A stretch of DNA of 61,095 nucleotides, the filler included, from Squatina squatina (Eukaryota), in NCBI GenBank assembly GCA_031763465.1. It is 4 parts of 4 records of this genome, joined end to end, with 100 filler letters (N's around TTAATTAATTAA, not from the genome) between each part and the next. Parts side by side here need not be neighbours in the genome. Positions count along the whole stretch, not along the records: positions 14,955 to 29,684 come from JARFOE010000016.1; positions 29,785 to 46,213 come from JARFOE010000176.1; 2 more parts are not named here. One strand, written 5' to 3'. Both the position numbers and the translations under genes were made by a program. Shown here piece by piece: positions 24,848-37,200 of this stretch (position 1 is the stretch's first letter; every line of letters begins with the position of its first letter). Below the pieces are notes generated by a model, which saw only the letters and a program-made list of their open reading frames with translations, had not been told where the DNA came from and ran no database searches.

Positions 24848-25385
24848 TTAACCTGGCAGTTGCTGGGTTATTTCGCCACCTTCGACTTGCGTGGGGGGGG
24901 GGGGGCGTTAAACGCCCCCAGCCCATAACTTGAGAACCAATGGCCGTAGAGAGACGCGCAAGGCGGCAAACGAAAGCTCTCAATGAGGCGCATCTTTTGA
25001 GATCTTAAAATTTAAGTTTCAAGGTCATGGGTCAGGTCAAGGTCAGGTCAAAGGTCAAAAATGAGCGTTTTAGCTTTAAGGATTTGGAGACATCACGTTC
25101 CCTATCTTTGCTCGCTAACTCATCCAAAGTGCTTTGAAAGGCATTGTGAAGGTACCACATGAGTGAAAATCGGTACTAAGCAAAGGTCAAAGGTCAAGCT
25201 CAGGTCACGAAGGTCACTAAGTGCAAAAGTTGCATAAAAGCCGTGTGACACATGTTTTATGGGTAGTTTCAGACATAGAATGCGATGGTAAGGTTCATTT
25301 TGCAATATGACCCCATTTTGAGTAAAGGTCAGGTCAAGGTCAGGCCAAGGTCAGGTCAAAAAGGTCAAATTTTCAAATTCATAAT
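24848..25385 (+). mobile_element. Probable piggyBac-type (TTAA) non-autonomous element end with AGGTCA arrays
   Basis: TTAA at 24848-24851 followed by CC..., a poly-G run and the hairpin gggggcgttaaacgccccc, then three clusters of (A)GGTCA repeats at ~25021-25057, 25184-25217 and 25326-25367. No partner TIR seen. Confidence 0.5.
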
Positions 25386-26699
25386 TTGTAATTTACTTTA
25401 GCATTTGCCCACGTGAGAAACCATTTCTTTTTCTTTTGATTTAGCACGGTCCAACAAAACTGCTTATGATATTTGTTTTGAGTAAATATTCTTTGGACAC
25501 ATGTTACCTGTAACTCTTTCTTCCTAATGAAGGTAGGTTCAATTTTAGTTTAACAACATGATAGATGAGAAGTGATATAGCAAGCAGGTGGGCATGAAGT
25601 GGAATTTGCCCAACAGGAAAAAGAGGATCAAAAGTCTGGATACACATGTCAGGGTCTAGTTCCTTTGCTAGCCTTTTTCCTGTTTATAACCTGTGTAGTG
25701 ATGTGATAACTATCTACTGCTTGAGGGGTCAGACCAAGAATTCATTCTTATCGCAACCTGGGTGGGATGAATTATTGAACATTTTATTCAGACACTTTCA
25801 AATAGAGTATTAGAGTTTGAAGTATCAAACTTTAAACTTTAACTCATCTGCAGATAATGATCAGAATTCCAAAAAGTTAGTGTACTATTTAAATAACTCT
25901 CCTTACTCAGATAATTTGAGTTAATTTGATACTGTAAGCTTTGACTAACCACTGGTCCATATTTCAGTGTTTCAGTCATACACAGTTCTCTTAAGTACTT
26001 GTGTGTCAATTATTCTTTTATTAAATAATTAATACTCTATATCAGCAAGGAAATATTTACTATTACAAATATTCTATTATATTTCTGTATATTTCTCTAT
26101 TATGATTAAATATAAAACGTTCTTGAGGAATGCATGTATTGTAACTTTTTAATGCAATTTAGCAAAACAACAAAATGAAAGAGAAAGCATCAGCAAATAA
26201 CCTGTAATAACAATTATTAACATCCCAAAATTATAAACCTGTGTCTGTCATCCTTGGAAAACAATCATCATAATTTATGCAGGATTTCGGATAAAGGGTA
26301 ATGATTTTTAGCTCTATTTATCCTGATATTGTAAAAATGTGTATGTGACAATAATGAAGTCATGTTTTCAGTTTTCTAGAGGTCCCTTTTCTTCAGTAAC
26401 TAGTCATAAGGAGTTAAAGAAAAAACACTTGTACAGTTAGAATCTTGTCCCAGACTTAACTTAATGCAATTGCCCAATTAACAACAATTGTATTTGAAAA
26501 GTACCTTATTCGCTGTAAAGCACTTTGGGACATTTCTAAGTGTTGCAAGTTTTGTCAGTTATCCCGTAAATCGTAAGAGAGAAGTGAAGATACTTTTGAA
26601 CAACACAGACTGTGGTTTGTGTATGACAGCCAGTTATTTTCAAATGTGGTCGACAGTTATTGAAATCCAGGAAGTCCAGGCAACTCATCCAAGAATATT

Positions 26700-26810
26700 T
26701 AATATCTAACATTATAACAGTGACTACACTTCAAAAGTACTAAATTGGCTGTAAAACGCTTTGAGACGTCCGGTGGTAGTGAACGGCGCTATATGAATGC
26801 AAGTTTTTTT
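26700..26810 (+). mobile_element. SacSINE1-like 3' tail
   Basis: cattataacagtgactacacttcaaaagtactaaattggctgtaaaacgctttgagacgtcc...gcgctatatgaatgcaagt. Confidence 0.8.
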
Positions 26811-27134
26811 TTTAAGGAACTGTAGCTGATCAAATCAGTTTGCAAGAGTCAGTTTGGAACTTCCAAGAGATTTAAGGCCTGATTCCCCAACTTGGTACTG
26901 CCGTCGAGGAGTGGTGCTTCCTGGGACAGCTGCTTTGGACATCACGGATCTCCCGTACCTGATTTTCCATCCATTAATTTAAACAGATGGAAAACCAGGG
27001 GCTGTAGGCACAAAATTTCCCAACCTTTATTACTTGCAAGTGTTGCTCCTTGCCAGGAAGTTCTGATTGGAAAACCAGTCTTTTAAAAGGCTAACACAGC
27101 TTCCACAGTGGTGAAAGAACAACATTGTGCATGG

Positions 27135-27530
27135 TAAATGGAGAGAAACTATTTCCTCTGTTGGGGGAGTCCAGAACAAGGGGCATAACTTTGAAATTAG
27201 AGCTAGACCATANNNNNNNNNNNNNNNNNNNNNNNNNNNNNNNNNNNNNNNNNNNNNNNNNNNNNNNNNNNNNNNNNNNNNNNNNNNNNNNNNNNNNNNN
27301 NNNNNNNNNNNNCACACAAAGAGCAGTGAAAATCTGGAACTCTCTCCCGCCAATGGATGTTGAGGTTGGGTCAATTGACAATTTCAAAACTGAGATTGAT
27401 AGATTTTTGTTGGCAAGGCTATTAATGGTTTCGGAACCAAGGCAGGTAGATGGAGTTAAGGTACAGATCAGCCAAGGTCTAATTGAATGGGCTTGAAGGG
27501 CTAAAAGGCCTACTTCTGTTCCAATGCTGC
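27135..27530 (+). mobile_element. CR1 LINE 3' end (gap inside)
   Basis: EKLFPLLGESRTRG...TQRAVKIWNSLP...FKTEIDRFL, then tail gggctaaaaggcctacttctgttcc. Confidence 0.88.
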
Positions 27531-29431
27531 TATGGATGTAAAAGTTATTTACAAAAGAAAAGCTTAGCATTTAGACTGTGATCTTTTATTGTTTCCCTCG
27601 CAATGAGGTGGGTGTAAGGATGTATTCTATTAGTGTTATTTGTTCGTTGTTTATCATTTAAATAATAGTTTAAACCTAAAAGACAAGGCCTGATGTTGTG
27701 ATGCTCTACCTCTTTAGAAGATGGGAGAGAGATACAGTGGGGGCATAGAATAACTCCAGTAACTAAAATAAATAACAGTAAGGTTATTCTGTTTGTTATC
27801 CTGGGCATATTACTAAAGTTCATTTAGACCTTAAATAGTCTGGAAAAACACAGGGAATTGGGACTCGCCTGGGAGTGATCTGAGATACAAGAGCTGACAA
27901 ATCTAGTGTAAGAAAGATAGGAAAGACCCAGAAACTTAAGCAGGTGACGTATTTTGCTATTCTTTCAAGTAATATTACATTTCTAAAATCCATAGCACTG
28001 TTTTCATTAGGGGAACGTTTGCATTAATTTGAAATTGAACTGCTGATAATTGATAATATTTGACAGGACAAATTTTATAAATTAAGAAATAATTAATCTT
28101 GTAGCCATGTAAGTTGGTCATGGATATATTAGTATGTTACAGCACAGTAAAAGGCCATTTGGCCGATTGTGCCTCCACTGGCTCTCTCTGAGTTATACTG
28201 GGAATTTATTAACTTTTTGTTGATGACCTTGTGACTCAAGTCTTATAATGTTATTTTAGAATATAATCTGAGTATGTCTGTAGGCTTTCATAATTCAGTC
28301 AGTATTAAACTTTGCATTTTCAGTTTTATAACTGCATTTTTGCCACCTACTTAATATATATCAATTCTACAGGTATGTATAATCTAATTATTGATCTGCT
28401 TTGCTTTTGATGTAATTTAATGATGATTTGGTGGTTTACAATAATCATTTTTAATAAATCATTAGAGCTGACGTCCTGTTGTCAGATGCTTGACATTCAA
28501 ATTGCAACAAGCTGGATTGTTCTGATAACAAAAGTTGTTTTTTTACGATAACACTAAATGATGGTGCTTTTTTATGTCGATTCCAGCATTATGATTAGTC
28601 CAACATATACCTAATCTTAAATGGCAGGTACTAATGAGTTTTGAAATTAATGTCAATCCGGGGCAAGGGTCTGGAGGGAACAGAAATGTGACCTCTGCTT
28701 GCACATACCTGCTGATTTCAACCTCAATTCATAGTGACCCCCACCTCCCCTAAGGTAAATCGCGCACACTTTGTAGTGAAAGCCCCTGCAAGCACAAACA
28801 GGAATACATGTACAAACAGCAGAATGAGAGAGGTCAAGATTTTTGACCTTTCCTGCAGGTCAGTACAATTACCAGCAACTAGCCTTATTTTGAAAATGCA
28901 GCATCAGAGGCGATGAGGTGGCACAGCCTGTTAGACGAGCAATGTGCCATGCTGTGGACAGGAGAGACTTTGAATTATGCCCCACAATTATCTCACAGGC
29001 TGAGATTCTGAATTCAACTGTGCCACAGACTGAGGAGGTGTGCTGAGCAGAGACCAGGTGGTAAAATCAACCCTGCTCTTGTGCACTTCCAAGCAAAATA
29101 ATTCACAGTACAATTGTCGAGATCTGGGAAGATGCTGGCTAATACAGGTAGTACAGAATGGGGATTTTTTTTAAAAAAAGGAAGCACATAAAAATACTTT
29201 CCTTAAACAACAGCAAAATACAGCATCACAGTTTTTGCCTGCAGAAACTATTAACAGAGACAGTGGTTATGGTTTAATATCCAGCAGTTTGAGATTGGAG
29301 TTGCTACTTTACTGGCATGATTCTTAACCAGTCCTGCAATTACAAAGTAACCTAATGTAGTTATTCAAGTAATCACTGAAGTTTCAGTTATATGCAATTA
29401 AGGAAATATTGGCACCATTTGTGACGAATCC

Positions 29432-29684
29432 TGGGGGCCAAAATTCATTCGCGCCCCATTGGGGCACTTACGTGACGGGAGCCGGCACTTCTCGCACCGG
29501 CTCCTGCCCTGCCCCGCCCGTCGCAGAATTCATTGCTCCAGGGCACGAGCAGGCCACAGCGCGATCCCAGATACAACTGGGGGCGACTGACCTGTTACGT
29601 CGCTGGCATGGCTTCAGCGCCACGCCAGATACGCTGCATCAGTGCGCTGCGTGCTGATGTCAGCAGCACTGCCGGGCCTCCCCT
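29432..29684 (+). mobile_element. GC-rich Harbinger-type MITE left part
   Basis: Begins tgggggccaaaattc, resembling the GGGnnGAAATT termini at 40036, 43135 and 48394. Confidence 0.5.
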
Positions 29685-29784
29685 NNNNNNNNNNNNNNNN
29701 NNNNNNNNNNNNNNNNNNNNNNNNNNNNTTAATTAATTAANNNNNNNNNNNNNNNNNNNNNNNNNNNNNNNNNNNNNNNNNNNN
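29685..29784. other. Artificial scaffold-joining linker
   Basis: 44 N + TTAATTAATTAA (29729-29740) + 44 N. Confidence 0.95.
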
Positions 29785-29860
29785 CCTGAAACGTTAACTT
29801 TGTTTCTCTCTCCACAGATGCTGCCTGACCTGCTGAGTACTTACAGCCTTTTCTCTTTTT
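29785..29860 (+). mobile_element. Penelope pseudo-LTR terminal fragment
   Basis: cctgaaacgttaactttgtttctctctccacagatgctgcctgacctgctgagta is the segment that follows the GAAA of the minimal hammerhead in chondrichthyan Penelope ends. Confidence 0.7.
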
Positions 29861-32499
29861 ATAACTAATTGCTTATTTAGTCATTGGGAAAAAGAACTTC
29901 CATTTAGCATATTAACCACCTTTTGGCCAGGGACTTTTAAACAAATACTGGTGAGAATCCAGTTTGCTTAATATATAATATAACATTATAAAAATAACTT
30001 TCTCCAAAATCCTTTGTCAAAAAGTCAGGCTAGCGGCAGACGGATTGGCACCACTGATTCTGAAATGAAATTATGCTCAGCACAATTTCACATCTGCAAA
30101 ATATTGGTTTGTTTCAGAAGTTTAAACTTCTCAACTAGCCCAGTTGAGAAACGACTCCATGCCAATAAATGGAGTGAATATTTAATCTGACACAGAGTAA
30201 AACTAGTCAATCCTCTTTAAAAATAAATTGCGATGTTTCTGTTCCAAAGAACGACCATTCGCCTTTTGAAAGCTGATTGATTCTTTCAGTGTGTACGTAA
30301 TTCTCATGGTTGATTGTGTTGGGTAAATATCTCATACCATGTAAAAATCATATTTTCCTCTCGGCTTAAACTGCGAACACCTATTCAAATGTACCAGAAG
30401 CTACAACTGCACCCTGACCTTTGTTTTCCGACCTTAACTGTTCATATTTTCTTGTGAAATGTGAAAAGGAAAGCAGCAATGGAATTGACAGATTAGACAG
30501 TTTGGGTCCCAAATGATATTTGAAATGGTCTCTTTAAATCAACCGAGTGGCATTAATTAAAATGCTTTTATTCCACGTGACTTCTGCAATTAACAGGTCA
30601 ACTAAGGGGATGATTTTGATAACAAATTATTTTTTGATTTCCAGAGTGAAACTGAAACATATGTGACTCCTGCAATAATTTAAATAAAAGCATTCACGTT
30701 TAAATAGTATTAAGTAAAATGCGAAATCTGGGTAAATGTCAAATCGGGGTTTAATCTTTCTGATGGTTAAATTCAGTTATTCCCGTTCTGCACAAGTCTT
30801 TGTTAGAACCAATTTTAGCATCAAGACAGGATTACTTTGTAACTCATATTATTTTTACCTGATATTTTGTAAGTTTGAATAAAGTATCACTATAGTGAAG
30901 TATTTTAAATCAAATAACATAACGTAATCATTTCCATTTACAAAAATCTGCGATTAGTACAAAATTTAAGCAAAAGAAGTTGCGAACTGTGTACGAGTTT
31001 AGTTAATTAAACACTCTTAGCTAGTCCCAAAACGTGCGGCAATAGTATTGAATGTTTTGCTTCGTCCAGCAAAGGGAATGTTAATTTAAGTAAAGATTTA
31101 GTATTCAAGATGCCCAGAATATCAAACAGCTACACTGACGCGTGTCTACCACAACCATGTGTCAGCGCGGTGTATTTCCCGTTTACAATCTGCACACGAT
31201 TGTAAATATCTCCATCTGTTGTCATCCAAACAATTGGTATTAAAGAACGGGCTTGGTGCCGCAGGTAAACCAATAATAAATAGAAACTTCACAATGTCAT
31301 CCCCTGAACACAAGATATCTGCTGTGTGAGCAGAGTGGGATTTACTGGAACCTGAAATATCCTTGTTTCATGTTAAATGCACTAGTATCTTTTAAAGTTC
31401 AGTTCTTCATTTGAATACGCTAACACCGCTCATCGAGGGTGTCTGAAATCAATTATCAGTCCGAGATCTAAAGGTGTAGTTGCGTGGGGGATGGAGGGGG
31501 CGTTCAATGTACCAATGGATTGGGATGGAAATAATCCTCCACGAATGCTATTCCATTTTTACCTTTTAAGAAAACCGAATATAAAATTAATCCCAGAAAT
31601 TCACATTTTTCTGGAATACCTTCCTTGCATATCTGAGCTATATACAATTAGGTTAAAAACAGCGTTCTGCTTCACTTTCGCGGACATCTCATATTATGCA
31701 CTTGCAGAAGAGTATGTAAATCGTCTGTCCCTGTACCTGGGCACATCGTCAAGCCCTGTCCTTGCGATGCAGTGAATACAAATGCCACTGTCTGCACCCG
31801 AGTGCATCCATCGCTCACACTTGCAGCGGGGTCTGCACGTCCCATTATCATCGCAACCTTAAGATGAGTTCCAGAGACTGAAGCCGATTGCATTGCACAT
31901 TCTAAGGACTCATCGATTTATTTCATTGCAATAGATTTTCCCCTGCACGTTCTCGGTGAATTGTTCTGTCCCAGCAGTACGATATCACAAGAGTGAAATG
32001 GGCTTTGGCGAGTCGACAGTCAATTTAACTCTCCATCAGATTCTCTATTCCAATGATGTTAAGGGGAACTAATCAGGTGGGGTGGTGTTTTAGCATTGCC
32101 ATTTTTATGCGACCGTCCAAAAGCAATGTTGGATCCTGGCTGATTTCTATCACCTCTGAGTTTGAAAGACACACTCGAAAATCAGAAGAATTCCACAATA
32201 GCTAGGTGATCCACTTTGCTACTATAGTGTCCATGTTGTGAAGGTGAACAGCTACCCCTTTGGTTCCATGACCGGTAACACATTGTATTTCATTTCCATC
32301 CTCATTTCCAGAGCTGAGGCGATCACCCATGCTTAAAAGAAACTGCCTGATATTCATAACATTTTTTAATGCCCTTATTTACAATTATTGCATGCCTTCA
32401 TTCCATTTGTAACGTTTGCCATTCCCAGATAAGCTTTTCATTTCAGAATCTGTGAACGTGCTTTCCTTTAATCTTCCTACAACGCGAATGCCTTGCTCT

Positions 32500-33460
32500 A
32501 CGTTTCCATAACAGAGTGCTTCAAATATGACTTCCGCTTTTCCTCAACGGAGGATTCCCGTCTACCATTACCTGGGCCCACAACAATGTCCGGTTCACTT
32601 TCTGTGCTTGTGCTTTCAACCCTTTCCCCCCTTCAAGAACCACGAAAGCGTTTCCTTTTCCTCACCTTCCACTCCAACAGCCTTCATATAAAACTAATCA
32701 TTCACCACCATTTCCGCCAGGTCCATCGTAATCCCATCACCAAATATCACTTCACCCATCCTTTCAGGATTCAGGACGGATAACTCCCTTCCTTTGAACA
32801 CTCCTCAATCACCCCCAACTGCTCCTCAGCTCCCATGGCATTTTCTCGTGCAAAAGCATGGGATGAAACACTTGCCTTTTCCCTCCTCCCTTCCCAACGT
32901 CCAGGGCCTCAAACACTCCTTTGAGGTGAAATAGCGATTTACTTTTAGTTCTTTGAAGTTAGCATACTGTATTCCGTGTTCATGGTCCGGTCCCTTCTAC
33001 ACTGGGTGACCGTTTTGAAGAACATCTCCGTCAATTCCACTAGTGTGACCCGACTTTCCGGTTGCCTGTCAATTTAATTCTCGGCTCTACTCTGACCTGT
33101 CTATTTTCAGCCTCCTACACTGTACCAATGAAGCTCAATGTAAGCTCCAATAACCTCTTGTTTAGTTTAGCCACTTAACAGCCTTCTCAATAACAGTTTA
33201 AGATCATAACCACTTCCTCCATTTTTTTCGGATTGCATTTAGGGTTAGGGTTAGGGTCTGATATTCACATATACGGCTCTTTTGTTCATTGAATTTTCAC
33301 ATTATATGCTCCTTTTCTCTTGTACAATCATACATTTTTTTCAGTTAATCTCTCCTGCGCTCTTCTATCTTTCTTCCCTTCCTCCTTTGCCTGCCTTTGT
33401 ATTTTCTTAATACCTCCTTACATCTCTAACTTCTCCATTTCATATGAAAGGTCTTTGACA
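32500..33460 (+). mobile_element. Decayed Penelope-like element (RT-EN junction, GIY-YIG, 3' region)
   Basis: Remnants FLTFHSNSLHI..II.HHFR, YCIPCSWSGPFYTG*/DRFEEHLR and PVACQFNS; homologous to 1461-1700. Confidence 0.75.
33239..33256 (+). repeat. Short interstitial telomeric repeat (TTAGGG)3
   Basis: ttagggttagggttaggg. Confidence 0.8.
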
Positions 33461-34290
33461 ATATATATTAGGCATGAACTTGCGATTGGAGGCTCCCTGC
33501 GTGCGGCTGCCTCTAATTGCAATTTCCCTTATGTACTTACTTAAGGCTCCTGGATCCACAGGAGTTTGCGATCTTCAGCCCACACTCTCCATCCCGAGTT
33601 GGAGATACCAAGCAGGGCTGTCGAGTTTCCCGGGCAAGTCAAACTGAAGAGGCTGGAGAGGNNNNNNNNNNNNNNNNNNNNNNNNNNNNNNNNNNNNNNN
33701 NNNNNNNNNNNNNNNNNNNNNNNNNNNNNNNNNNNNNNNNNNNNNNNNNNNNNNNNNNNNNCACCCGAAACTTAGGGCAATAGAATTGGGCGCCCTTATA
33801 GTTTCTTTTATTTAATGGAGTGACTGCTGGTAAGGAATCAAAAGCTGTGCAGAAATAACTGTCAGTTTACAAATTTAAAAAAATAATGTTCACCACAAGA
33901 GATCTGAGAAGTGCTGAAGCACATCACTAATAAAGTTTCATTAATGTTAGCGATTCCCAATCTACCATCCCTACGACTGTTACAGGAATTTGAGAATGGG
34001 TTTTAGTCTCAGAACAGTCATTTGCAGAATATTAACAGACCCAACTACCCGCAGGCAGAATAGACGGTGCCGGGGCCAAACTATCCCCCACCTGAAAACT
34101 GCCCACTCCGACCAACCACAATTTAGTGCACAAACAAGTGGCTCATAGCTGAAACAAGTGGCTCATACCTGAGTAAATTCTACAGTTCACACAATGAATA
34201 AATGAAATTACAATTGAATAAGACTTTTTCTTTTTATCCGCTTCTTTATTCCTTATTTTGGGAAGTCCAGCGACAACAAACAACAGAAAC

Positions 34291-34319
34291 ACCGGAACTG
34301 CGCATGTGCAACTTCCGGT
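34291..34319. promoter_or_regulatory. Near-palindromic ETS-NRF1-ETS motif cluster (function unproven)
   Basis: accggaac tgcgcatgtgca acttccggt: CCGGAA and TTCCGG flank a TGCGCATGyGCA element. Confidence 0.3.
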
Positions 34320-36549
34320 TCATTACCAGGAGTCGCGTCCTTTATTTAAAAGTATTTATGCTTTAAAGATACCAGATTTTTTTCAAACCGACAAACCTTA
34401 AGGCACTAACAGGAAACAAAGTGTTTCCAATTACAGTGTGCCCTTCATATCATTTTCTTACAGCACAAAGCTAGCTAGAAATGTATTTTTACATTTATCA
34501 GACTGGATCCTGATCAGAACCAGGATTGTTGGGAATCCGGTTTATAGAGAGTGGTTTACGGCCCTCGGTGCTCCGCCCAGATCAGAAAATGTCAAAAAAT
34601 ATCCATCTCCATCTACACAAAAGTTAAAGGCTAACAATGTAATTTACTACCAGACTATAAGGGAAACACTGAAAGCAAATATTGCCAAATGTAAGGAATT
34701 AATACAGCCTTATATGAGTGGTGTTAAGGCTTCTTCGCAACACACAACTCTTCCTAAAAACAATCACAGTGTTTAATGCTGTTTAATATTAAGTTGATGC
34801 ATACAATAGTTAAAAACCTAAAATACCATTGTAATGCCAGAGGCAAGGTTTCCAGAAGAAAGGTTGAACTCACTGTCCAGCCACTTCTCAGATTACATAA
34901 TCCGTTCCAACTTGTCTGGAAAGACTGGCTCCACAAAAATCAGGACTTTTAGAGGGAGCTCGTCTGCAGCACCAACAAAATGTTTTTTGTTGGATAAAAG
35001 ACTTTACCTAACTAATTTACTCTAGCTACACCAGGTCGTTGTTCATTATGGAAAGGACTTGCGGGTAATTACTGTCTCTGGATAGAAATTTAAGACCCAC
35101 ATTGCTTATGTTCATTGTCTCTCCCACGTGTTTAAAACAACCAGTTTAGATTAAGTGTGATTGTTTGACCCTTTAAGAGCTCTTCACTTGAAGAGTGTAT
35201 GGACTTGATTTATTCAACCGCGGTAACCCAATGGCGTTGCGCAAATTGTTACAATGGGGCCCTCGGAGAAGCAGCAAGCTGGGAATTATTCAGTTAAAGA
35301 TGCTGCCCTAGACACAGGGGGGTTATTCGCCCCCCTCCCCGTTCATTGGCTGGGTTTATACGGCATCTAATAGTCTGCGACCCTAATTGCAGAACTGATT
35401 CTGACCTGGCAGAACTTGATTTTTATTGCCCTACTGCCAATCCAGTTTCAGGATCACGGAGAGAGTTCTGGGCTGTGCACTTCCATCCGCGCACACATCT
35501 CCCCTCTCAGCTGAGAGCGCCAGATTGGGCGTTCAAAATATTTAAAGTAACTCTGGGTGAGTCTCCGAAGTGCCCAGCAGGTCAGGGGGACCCCGGGATC
35601 CTTGCTAAACCCAATCTCACCCCAGCCCGCGCTGCTGATTTATCCTCAGGCAATTCGAACCCCAGTCTGGAGTTATCCTGTCATCTTTGGAGCTTGGATT
35701 TAAATGTAGCCAAATCTGACAGGATGAAGGTGTCTGCTGTTCGCAGACTGTGTCGCTCCTACATTAAATGCGCTTGTGCAATTGAACCCTTACTCGAATG
35801 CACACTGGCCTCAGCAGAAACCCCCCAATCTCTATCGGGGAGCTGCATAGAGGGTCAGCTGGTGTAGAAAAAAAAATCACACCGATGCAATTGAGTACTT
35901 TCTGAGGTTCAGAGTACCAAATGTTATTGGGGCAGAGGCAGAGCAGAGGGTGCAAATTAGCAAAATTCCCTGACCAAACAATTATATTCTAACTGAGTTT
36001 GTTATTTAACATAACTCTTTCTATACTTAAAGGCAAACAGCAACACTTTATCATTAAATTTTACACTATGGATTACATCATATAACATTCCTTATGAAAC
36101 AGTATATTACCTTACTTCCCATGAGCAACAGCATGGAAGATCCAGCACTCAATTAATTCTAAATTGGAACAAATGCTTTCATTATTGTGTATAGACAAAA
36201 TCTTAGAAATGCTCCATATTTCATTGCTTTTACTTGTATGAATGCTTCTGTTGTAGATCCTCTAACTTTACTAGTATACATTGACCCTGAAATTGCAGTC
36301 GACGGCATAGCTAAGGGGTATGCCGCCAACCTCCGAACGAACCCGGTGCGAGGCCGTGAACGATAACTTGCTTTGAAATGTTGCAGAGTTGTGCGTAGCT
36401 CATGGATCCCAGACACGCACTGTTGTGCGTAAGGGTACTTGGGATCACATGGGGTGGTGCTCCTTTAGCTAGCCAATCAGGAAATAGAAATCTCCAATGC
36501 ATCAATTAAATTTTAAATTAAATGGTGTGAATAGTTATTTGACAAGTGC

Positions 36550-36893
36550 AGTAATTAGCTCAGTTGGTAGCACCCGTGCCTCTGAGTCAGAAAGTTGCAG
36601 ATTCAAGCCCCACTCCAGAGACTTGATCACAAAAATTTGGCTGACACTCTAGTGCAGTACCGAGGAGTGCTGCACTGTCGGAAGTGATGTCTTTTAGATG
36701 AGATGTTAAACTGAGGCCCCGTCTGCTCTCTCAGGTGGACATAAAAGATCCAATTGCACTATTTTGAAGAAGAGCAGGNNNNNNNNNNNNNNNNNNNNNN
36801 NNNNNNNNNNNNNNNNNNNNNNNNNNNNNNNNNNNNNNNNNNNNNNNNNNNNNNNNNNNNNNNNNNNNNNNNNNNNNNTAAATGCAAGTCTTT
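36550..36893 (+). mobile_element. SacSINE1-like DeuSINE (gap inside)
   Basis: Head tagctcagttggtagc...gattcaagccc, Deu core gatgagatgttaaactgaggcccc, tail taaatgcaagtcttt. Confidence 0.88.
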
Positions 36894-37059
36894 GAATTAG
36901 TATAAAAAAGACTTAAATGAATTAATGAGAGGGACATGAATGAATAAGCCTAATCCTTTGTTTGCATTTCTTTAATTAGAATGCTTTTTCTACTAGTTGG
37001 GTCTGGATGGTTAGAACAGAAGCAGCGGCTTGTGCCTCAAAGTGCATACATGTTCTTAC

Positions 37060-37200
37060 TTAGCCTGATAGTATTCCCAGCTGGACTGTTCAATCCGATT
37101 CCGCAGGATGTTAACATCATTCGATAACAAGTCATCCAAGGTCTGGAGCTCCTTTTGGATCTGCTTTAGTTTCACAGTTTCTGCTATGGTTCGTTTAGAC
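37060..37200 (-). CDS. GORAB: Internal coiled-coil exon of RAB6-interacting golgin
   Basis: atcattctag|G...AA|gtaaga; 141 nt, phase 2-2. Translates [46 protein letters not shown], closely matching vertebrate GORAB as recalled ([40 protein letters not shown]). Confidence 0.92.

Noticed and set aside
23995-24983. Short ORFs in the CpG-rich island as viral or RT genes
   Set aside because: All frames are interrupted and I could not identify a convincing motif.
36555-36630. tRNA gene
   Set aside because: The A/B-box-like sequence is a SINE head that continues into the Deu core; no intact cloverleaf is evident.
15539-37200. Fibulin-GORAB synteny
   Set aside because: The two exons are separated by an artificial linker at 29685-29784.
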